Source of the DNA: Candidatus Kaiserbacteria bacterium
GTDB lineage: Bacteria > Patescibacteriota > Minisyncoccia > Phycocordibacterales > Phycocordibacteraceae
Reading direction: 5' to 3'
Length of the DNA: 64,000 bases
Assembly: GCA_963813065.1 (NCBI GenBank)
Contig: CAWEXP010000004.1
Span: 7,267 to 71,266, forward strand
The notes beneath the pieces were generated by a model. It saw nothing but the letters and a program-made list of their open reading frames with translations. It made no database searches and was not told the DNA's origin. Both the position numbers and the translations under genes were made by a program. Shown here in pieces: positions 58,159 to 64,000 of the stretch. Each line of letters begins with the position of its first letter. The stretch's first letter is position 1.

Positions 58159-58971
58159 ATGACACTTCCTATCGATCTGGTTCTCGTCCGCCATGGGCAG
58201 TCCGAGGGCAATGCACTGAAGCGGCGTTCCGAAGCGGGCGACCGCGAGGCATTTACGGAAGAATTCTTACGCAGGCACACGGCGAGTTGGCGTCTTACCA
58301 CGGCCGGTAGGCTCCAGGCATTTCAGGCGGGATCGTGGCTTAATAAAGAATTTTATGGTCACGGCATCACGTTCGATCGTCTCTATACCTCGAACTACTA
58401 TCGAGCCATGGAAACTGCCGCCGGGCTGAAACTGCCTGACGCCTCCTGGTATCAAGATTTCTACTTGACCGAACGTGATTGGGGCGATCTCGATAAATGC
58501 ACCGACGACGAGCGTCAAGAAAAATTTGGCGACGCGCTCAAACGGCGCGAAGACGAGCCTTTCTTCTGGCGGGCGCCGAACGGCGAACGCTTTGTCGAGC
58601 TCTGCCTTCGCGTTGATCGGCACTTGAGCACGCTCCACAATAGCTGTAGCGACAAACGAGTCTGTATTGTCTGCCACGGCGAGGTGATGCGCGCTTTCCA
58701 AGTGCGTATCGAACGCCTAAGCCAAGAACGGTTCCGCGAACTACATCTCTCGGAAAATTCAGATGATCGGATTCACAATTGTCAGATTATCCATTATTCG
58801 AGAAGAAATCCGAAGACGAAAGCTGTCGAGCCATACTGTAACTGGGTCCGCATGGTGCGCCCGACCGTGAGCCCCGCGTGGGACACGGGGTGGCGCCAAA
58901 TTACGCGCTCCCAGTATTCCAATGAAGACTTGCTGGCGATTGTCTCACAGGTCGAATCGATGGTGCGATGA
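58159..58971 (+). CDS. Histidine phosphatase family protein
   Basis: LVRHGQSEGN, LT..G..QA, ERDWG, CHGE. Confidence 0.92.
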   Translation: MTLPIDLVLVRHGQSEGNALKRRSEAGDREAFTEEFLRRHTASWRLTTAGRLQAFQAGSWLNKEFYGHGITFDRLYTSNYYRAMETAAGLKLPDASWYQDFYLTERDWGDLDKCTDDERQEKFGDALKRREDEPFFWRAPNGERFVELCLRVDRHLSTLHNSCSDKRVCIVCHGEVMRAFQVRIERLSQERFRELHLSENSDDRIHNCQIIHYSRRNPKTKAVEPYCNWVRMVRPTVSPAWDTGWRQITRSQYSNEDLLAIVSQVESMVR

Positions 58972-59034
58972 ACTCGAGCCTGACGCATGTGCGTCGGGCT
59001 TTTTTATTACCAGATGACTCGTTATACTTACTCA

Positions 59035-59337
59035 ATGACTCCCTTTGCCGAGAAGGTGCGGGCGACGGTTGCGAAAATTCCAAAAGGAAAGGTCGCGACC
59101 TATGGGCAGATTGCACGGCTCGCGGGCCGGCCACGCGCCGCACGAGCCGTTGGCCAGCTGATGGCAAAAAATAAAGATACGAAGAAATGCCCCTGTCATC
59201 GTGTCGTGGGCGCGAATGGTGCCTTGGTCGGCTACGCCTTCGACGGCGTCTCGATGAAACGCAAAAAACTCATCGACGAAGGTGTCTCCTTCTCGGGTGC
59301 TCGCGTCAATTTGAAAGTATCGCTTTGGAAGAAATAG
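59035..59337 (+). CDS. Methylated-DNA--protein-cysteine methyltransferase (MGMT) domain protein
   Basis: IPKGKVATYGQIA...ARAVG...PCHRVV. Confidence 0.92.
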   Translation: MTPFAEKVRATVAKIPKGKVATYGQIARLAGRPRAARAVGQLMAKNKDTKKCPCHRVVGANGALVGYAFDGVSMKRKKLIDEGVSFSGARVNLKVSLWKK

Positions 59338-59351
59338 CGTATAGTGCGCCT

Positions 59352-60056
59352 ATGTCAATGCGCATCAACAAGTATCTCGCCCAGCAGGGCCACTCAACGC
59401 GCCGCGGCGCGGATGTGCTGATTGAGCAGAACAAGGTCTACGTCAACGGCGCGCTCGCCGTGCTCGGCCAGCAGGTCGAGGAAGGCGATGTCATCGAGGT
59501 CAAGCATGGGCGCGAGAAGCCCAAGGCCTACACCTACCTCGCCTACAACAAGCCCCGCGGCGTCATCACTCACTCGCCCCAGGGCGAGGAGGAAGATATT
59601 CGCGCGGCGCTCGCGGGCATCCCCGAGGCCAAGCATCTCTTCCCCGTCGGCCGCCTCGACAAGAATTCACACGGCCTGATGATTCTCACCAACGACGGCC
59701 GTATCACCGACCGTCTCCTCAATCCCGAGCACGACCACGAGAAAGAATATAAAGTGACGACGACCGAAAAGTTGCGCGACAGTTTCGCCGACCACATGAG
59801 CGCGGGCGTGGATATCGGCGACTATGTCACCAAGCCCGCCAAGGTCACGCGCGACGGTGACTACTCATTCCACATTGTGCTTGCTGAGGGCAAGAAGCAT
59901 CAGATTCGCCGCATGGTCGACGCGCTCCACAACGGCGTTGCCGACCTCGAACGCGTGCGGGTGATGAATATTAATTTGGGTAAACTGAAAGAAGGCTCCG
60001 TCCGCCGCATCGAGGGCGCTGAGCTTGCTACCTTTTTGAAAAGTTTGGGACTCTAA
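59352..60056 (+). CDS. rRNA pseudouridine synthase (RsuA/RluB/RluF family)
   Basis: S4 domain RINKYLA, NKPRG, VGRLDK, HEKEY, EGKKHQIRRM. Confidence 0.94.
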   Translation: MSMRINKYLAQQGHSTRRGADVLIEQNKVYVNGALAVLGQQVEEGDVIEVKHGREKPKAYTYLAYNKPRGVITHSPQGEEEDIRAALAGIPEAKHLFPVGRLDKNSHGLMILTNDGRITDRLLNPEHDHEKEYKVTTTEKLRDSFADHMSAGVDIGDYVTKPAKVTRDGDYSFHIVLAEGKKHQIRRMVDALHNGVADLERVRVMNINLGKLKEGSVRRIEGAELATFLKSLGL

Positions 60057-60953
60057 TTACGGCGCAACGACGGCCCACATATTCCCGACACCTTGCCCGA
60101 GCGTGTCGCCCGAGTTCACGTCATTCTTGAAGAAGTAGAGCGGATTGCCCTTGTAGGTCACCTGGAGCGAACCATCGGCGCGCAAAGCCGATCCCACCGC
60201 GCCCGGAATACCTGCCTGCACATTCGCGAGCGCACTCGTTGTGGCGACCAGATACGGCGGCCAATTGAGTGCGCACTGCTCGACGCAATCAGAGATCTGC
60301 GGCAAACCTTTGGTAATCATATAGATCGTCTTGCCGCTCGAGCCGATAAGGTAGGTGCCGAGTTTTTTGCTTGCGTCGGTACCGAGGAGCAAGTTCCCTC
60401 CTGCGTACATATTTGCGGGGATCTCGGCGAGCGTACCGTGCGTGACGTAGAGATATTTCGAAACGCCCGTCGAGGGCTGGGCGCTCATTGGTTCTCCGGC
60501 GGCGCGATCGGCATAATTGAAAACGGCTTCGCCATATTCGACCTGCGTCGCTTGCGGCGCGATGCGATCACCGAGCAAGATGGCATTGGTACCGATCGCA
60601 CCGCTCGTGGTCGCGAGTGCGACCACGGCATAGAAGAACGTGCCGCTCCCACCCGTGCTCTGCATGAGGATGAGTGCGGTATCGCTTAGGCCATCGCCAC
60701 TGAGGTCGCCGGTCGCCTCATTGCCGAAGACTTGCGTGATAATTTTTTCGGCTGAACCAGGCGCGGCAGGTGTCTCGGCCTGACCATTGACGAGCGTTAC
60801 GGGCTGACCATCAATGATGTAGGTCGTATTTTTATAATCAGTATGCACGACCTTCGGCGTGTGCGCCACGGGCGCGGGCGAGTGCCCGAGCCAATACCAA
60901 CCGCCAAGAGCGGCGAGGAGAATCACCGCCGCGGCGAACAAATAGTTCTTCAT
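60057..60953 (-). CDS. Membrane-anchored protein with C-terminal Lipoprotein_15-like repeats
   Basis: C...CA..WPP, QVTYKG.PLY.F..D...GD..GQG...W. Confidence 0.78.
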   Translation of the reverse strand: MKNYLFAAAVILLAALGGWYWLGHSPAPVAHTPKVVHTDYKNTTYIIDGQPVTLVNGQAETPAAPGSAEKIITQVFGNEATGDLSGDGLSDTALILMQSTGGSGTFFYAVVALATTSGAIGTNAILLGDRIAPQATQVEYGEAVFNYADRAAGEPMSAQPSTGVSKYLYVTHGTLAEIPANMYAGGNLLLGTDASKKLGTYLIGSSGKTIYMITKGLPQISDCVEQCALNWPPYLVATTSALANVQAGIPGAVGSALRADGSLQVTYKGNPLYFFKNDVNSGDTLGQGVGNMWAVVAP

Positions 60954-60955
60954 AA

Positions 60956-61357
60956 TTATTCCGTCGTCTTGCCGTCGAAGTGATCGTGCGATTCATCGGC
61001 CTCGGCATCGGCCTTCGTCTTGTGGATGGTGCCGTCGATATGATTCGGCGGCGCGTAGACCGTGTAGAGCTTCATCGGTTTATCGCTCGAGGTATTAATA
61101 ATATTGTGGAGCGTGCCTTGCGGGACGACAATCGCGAAACCATCTTTAATCTCGTGTTCGACGCCATTGAGAATGGCCTTCCCTTCTCCGGCCTCAACGC
61201 GAATAAATTGATCGAGCTGGTGCGTCTCGGCGCCGATTTCTTCAAGCGGCTTGAGACTCATCACCACGAGCTGGACATGCGTGTCGGTGTACAGCACTTT
61301 GCGGAAATACTCGTTTGCGAGCGACTCTGCTTCGATGTTTACGGTGTATCCTTTCAT
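60956..61357 (-). CDS. Cupin domain protein
   Basis: EIG.ETH..DQF...E.G.G, VP.G..HN..N, LYT.YAPP.H. Confidence 0.9.
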   Translation of the reverse strand: MKGYTVNIEAESLANEYFRKVLYTDTHVQLVVMSLKPLEEIGAETHQLDQFIRVEAGEGKAILNGVEHEIKDGFAIVVPQGTLHNIINTSSDKPMKLYTVYAPPNHIDGTIHKTKADAEADESHDHFDGKTTE

Positions 61358-61398
61358 ACCGCAAGTATAGCACTCCCGCATCGGGACGCCGTCGGGTG

Positions 61399-62415
61399 CT
61401 AGGCGAGCGGATTGGGGCGGTCGAGCAAGAATGCCTCAGCGTTGTGGACAACCTTTACCATCGTCTCGAGCGCTTCGAGCGGATAATTGCCGCTCGCGGT
61501 CTCGTCTGAGAGCATGACCGCGTCACTGCCATCCCAGACGGCGTTCGCGACGTCCGAGACTTCGGCGCGCGTCGGGCGCGGGTGGTTCACCATCGAGATA
61601 AGCATTTGCGTCGCGGTAATGGTCCCCTTGCCGTACCACTGCGCGTGGCGGATGAGCCCTTTCTGTACGACGGGCAGAGTCTCAATGGGCACTTCGATGC
61701 CGAGGTCGCCGCGCGCAATCATGATGGCGTCGGAAGCGCGCGTGATTGAATTCATATGTTCGATGGCGAGCGCGGTCTCGATCTTGGCGACGATCTGTGC
61801 GCGATCGCCCACAATCTTGCGCAGATGATGCACGTCGTCGGCCGATTGAACGAAAGAAATTGCAATCATATCCACGCCCTGCTCGAGGCCGAACTGCGCA
61901 TCACGAATATCCTTCGCGGTCAGTCCGGAATTAGAAAGCTTGGTGCGCGGGACGTTGACGCCCTTGCGCGAGTGGAGGATGCCGCCGCGGATAACGCGTG
62001 CCTCGATGCGACTCCCCTCGACGCGCTCGGCGATGAGTTCCATCTCACCATTGGCCAGATAAATCGGGTCGCCCACTTCGATGTCGATATGCAGGCGCGC
62101 ATGGTCGATGAAGATGCCGCCTGTGTCAGATTTTTTCGTTGAAAAAGAAACGAGCTCATTCTCGACCAGCTTGATACCCTCCTTGGGCAAGTCGCCAACG
62201 CGAATGCGCGGGCCCTGGAGGTCCTGCAAAATGCGAACGGGGCGCCCGACCGTTTGCTCTGCAGAGCGGATGAGCGCAATCCACTCGGCGAAGCTCTCAT
62301 AGGTGCCGTGCGAAAAATTAAGTCGGGCGATGTCCATGCCCGCAGAGACGAAGGCCTCGATTTTTTCTTTCGAGGCCGAGGAAGGACCGATGGTTGCAAT
62401 TATTTTGGTACGCAT
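61399..62415 (-). CDS. pyk: Pyruvate kinase (lacks C-terminal allosteric domain)
   Basis: TKIIATIGP, RLNFSHG, DLQGP.IR, AKIE, MIARGDLG.E, ATQML, PTRAE, MLSDETA. Confidence 0.95.
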   Translation of the reverse strand: MRTKIIATIGPSSASKEKIEAFVSAGMDIARLNFSHGTYESFAEWIALIRSAEQTVGRPVRILQDLQGPRIRVGDLPKEGIKLVENELVSFSTKKSDTGGIFIDHARLHIDIEVGDPIYLANGEMELIAERVEGSRIEARVIRGGILHSRKGVNVPRTKLSNSGLTAKDIRDAQFGLEQGVDMIAISFVQSADDVHHLRKIVGDRAQIVAKIETALAIEHMNSITRASDAIMIARGDLGIEVPIETLPVVQKGLIRHAQWYGKGTITATQMLISMVNHPRPTRAEVSDVANAVWDGSDAVMLSDETASGNYPLEALETMVKVVHNAEAFLLDRPNPLA

Positions 62416-62454
62416 ACTATGAACCTACCTGCTCGCGGCGCAGAAGTCAAAACT

Positions 62455-63936
62455 TTAATTTTCCAAATCGAGAATATCGTCGATGCGGACTTGCGCGACG
62501 AAGTCGGGGACGTGGCTGACGAGAATCATCGCGCCGCCGTACTCGCCGAGCGCGGTAGCGATGACCGGCAAGTGGCGGAAGTTGATGTGGTTGGTCGGCT
62601 CGTCGAGAATGAGGAGTCCGGGCCGCTCGAGCACGAGTGAGGCGAAGGCGACGAGCCCCTTCTGCCCTTCGCTCAAGCTCCCAATCTTGGTGAACATGGT
62701 CTCGCCCGTGAGCAAGAAGCCAGCGGCGATGGTGCGCATTTTTTGTTCGTCGGGTTGGCCCATCGCGTGCATCAGCGCCGCGTGGACCGTGCTCTCGAAG
62801 TCGAGTGTTGAGAAATCTTGGCGATAGTAGCCGACCTTGGTGCCCGGCGCGATGATCGCACCCTCTGCGGTGCCACGCGCGATGTGTTCGAGGAGCGTGC
62901 TCTTGCCGATGCCGTTGGGGCCTTTGAGCAAGAGGTGGCCGCCGCGACGGAGCTCGACGTGCGCCTTTTTGGTCTGCGGTTTTTTACCTTGCCTACCGGC
63001 GGGCAGGCCTTTTAATACGGTATAAGAATTGAGCGTCAAAATATTTCCGCCGATGCCTTCTTGCGCAGGAATCGTGAAGGGGCGGATGGTGCGATCCTCT
63101 TTGCGCACATCCACCTTGGCCTCTTCCATCTCCTCGACCTCGGTGCGCATCTTCTTGGCGACGAGACGCATCTTGCCACCCTTCTGCGCGAAGAAGTTCG
63201 CCTTGTCCTTGTTCTCTTGAATCTTCTTCGCGAGCTGAGCATTCTTCCGGTTCTCGCGCTCGATGCGCGCCGTGATGTCCGAAAGCACATTAGTGTAGTT
63301 ACCCTGATACTGCTCGACTTTTTGCGTGTAATTGTCGAGATAGAGCACGCCGGTGGTGAAGGCGTTGAGGAACGCGGCATCGTGCGAGATCACGATGCAG
63401 GTTTTGTCGTAGTCGATGAGGAACTGCGTGAGGTGCTCGATACCCGCCTTGTCGAGATTGTTCGTCGGCTCATCGAGCAAGAGGAGGTCCGGGTCCTGGA
63501 TAAGCGCCGAGGCGAGCAAGAACCGCGCCTGCTGGCCGCCGGAGAAGGAGCGCACGATGCGATCGTGCACTTTCTCGTGATGCTTCAATCCCGCTGCTTC
63601 GAGCACGGCGTCGATGCGGGGGTCGATGTCGTAGATTGGTGTATTAAAATAGCTGACGAAGAATGCGCGCACGGTCAACTCCATCTTCTCCCGTGGGATC
63701 ACCTGCGCCGCCGTCGCGACCGTGAGGCCGTGCCCCGTGAGAATCCTCCCCGACTCGGGCGCGAGCTGGCCCACCATGAGCGCGAAGAGGGTCGACTTGC
63801 CCGCGCCATTCTGCCCCATGATGGCGAGCTTCGATCCACGGCGCACGAGGAAATCGACCTCGTCGAGGATAGGTTTGTTCACGCCGTATTCGAACGAAAC
63901 TTTCTCGAAGCGCAGAACGCTCTCGTCGCGTGCCAT
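62455..63936 (-). CDS. ABC-F family ATP-binding protein
   Basis: Two ABC cassettes (GQNGAGKST...FSGGQ...LDEPTN; GPNGIGKST...LSEGQ...DEPTNH), no TM. Confidence 0.93.
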   Translation of the reverse strand: MARDESVLRFEKVSFEYGVNKPILDEVDFLVRRGSKLAIMGQNGAGKSTLFALMVGQLAPESGRILTGHGLTVATAAQVIPREKMELTVRAFFVSYFNTPIYDIDPRIDAVLEAAGLKHHEKVHDRIVRSFSGGQQARFLLASALIQDPDLLLLDEPTNNLDKAGIEHLTQFLIDYDKTCIVISHDAAFLNAFTTGVLYLDNYTQKVEQYQGNYTNVLSDITARIERENRKNAQLAKKIQENKDKANFFAQKGGKMRLVAKKMRTEVEEMEEAKVDVRKEDRTIRPFTIPAQEGIGGNILTLNSYTVLKGLPAGRQGKKPQTKKAHVELRRGGHLLLKGPNGIGKSTLLEHIARGTAEGAIIAPGTKVGYYRQDFSTLDFESTVHAALMHAMGQPDEQKMRTIAAGFLLTGETMFTKIGSLSEGQKGLVAFASLVLERPGLLILDEPTNHINFRHLPVIATALGEYGGAMILVSHVPDFVAQVRIDDILDLEN

Positions 63937-64000
63937 CGGTGGAGTATTACTTCGCCTCAATTGCGGCGATGAGCTGGTCGAGTTTGCTGTTGAGCAGATC

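Noticed and set aside
543-63972. Many long antisense or overlapping ORFs (e.g. 543-1517, 6316-7362, 19000-20766, 37782-38927, 48059-49435)
   Set aside because: Shadow frames of GC3-rich genes on the opposite strand; no recognisable motifs.

Overview
Bacterial chromosome segment (genetic code 11, GC-rich). Gene content and architecture suggest a Patescibacteria/CPR (Parcubacteria-like) genome; this is an inference from the sigma4-HARE-HTH protein, Nudix-inserted LeuRS, short pyk, SWIB protein and many -10 boxes directly upstream of ATG. The backbone carries leuS, ychF, uvrABC, tgt, a ddl-like gene, pyk, an ABC-F ATPase, a VirD4/TraD-like ATPase, a zinc-uptake cluster and six apparently intact tRNAs. 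Many conserved genes have single-base frameshifts, most likely uncorrected long-read errors. Main accessory feature: a ~16.2 kb element (~7231-23415) integrated by a large serine recombinase into the first codons of ychF. The displaced original ychF start is still visible at 23404-23427. The att site lies inside the recombinase reading frame, so integration and excision would swap the recombinase C-terminal tail. Cargo: a Type I RM system with unusual domain fusions, RmuC, GmrSD, DUF2321, an AbiJ-like gene, phage-like rep/terS-like genes and a ~210 nt highly structured candidate ncRNA. Just outside the element, a DUF3800 gene faces a promoter- and terminator-bounded ~100 nt multi-stem RNA. Several families of short palindromic repeats are inserted in housekeeping proteins, most densely in uvrA, uvrB and uvrC, and in a tRNA fragment beside a GIY-YIG nuclease gene.
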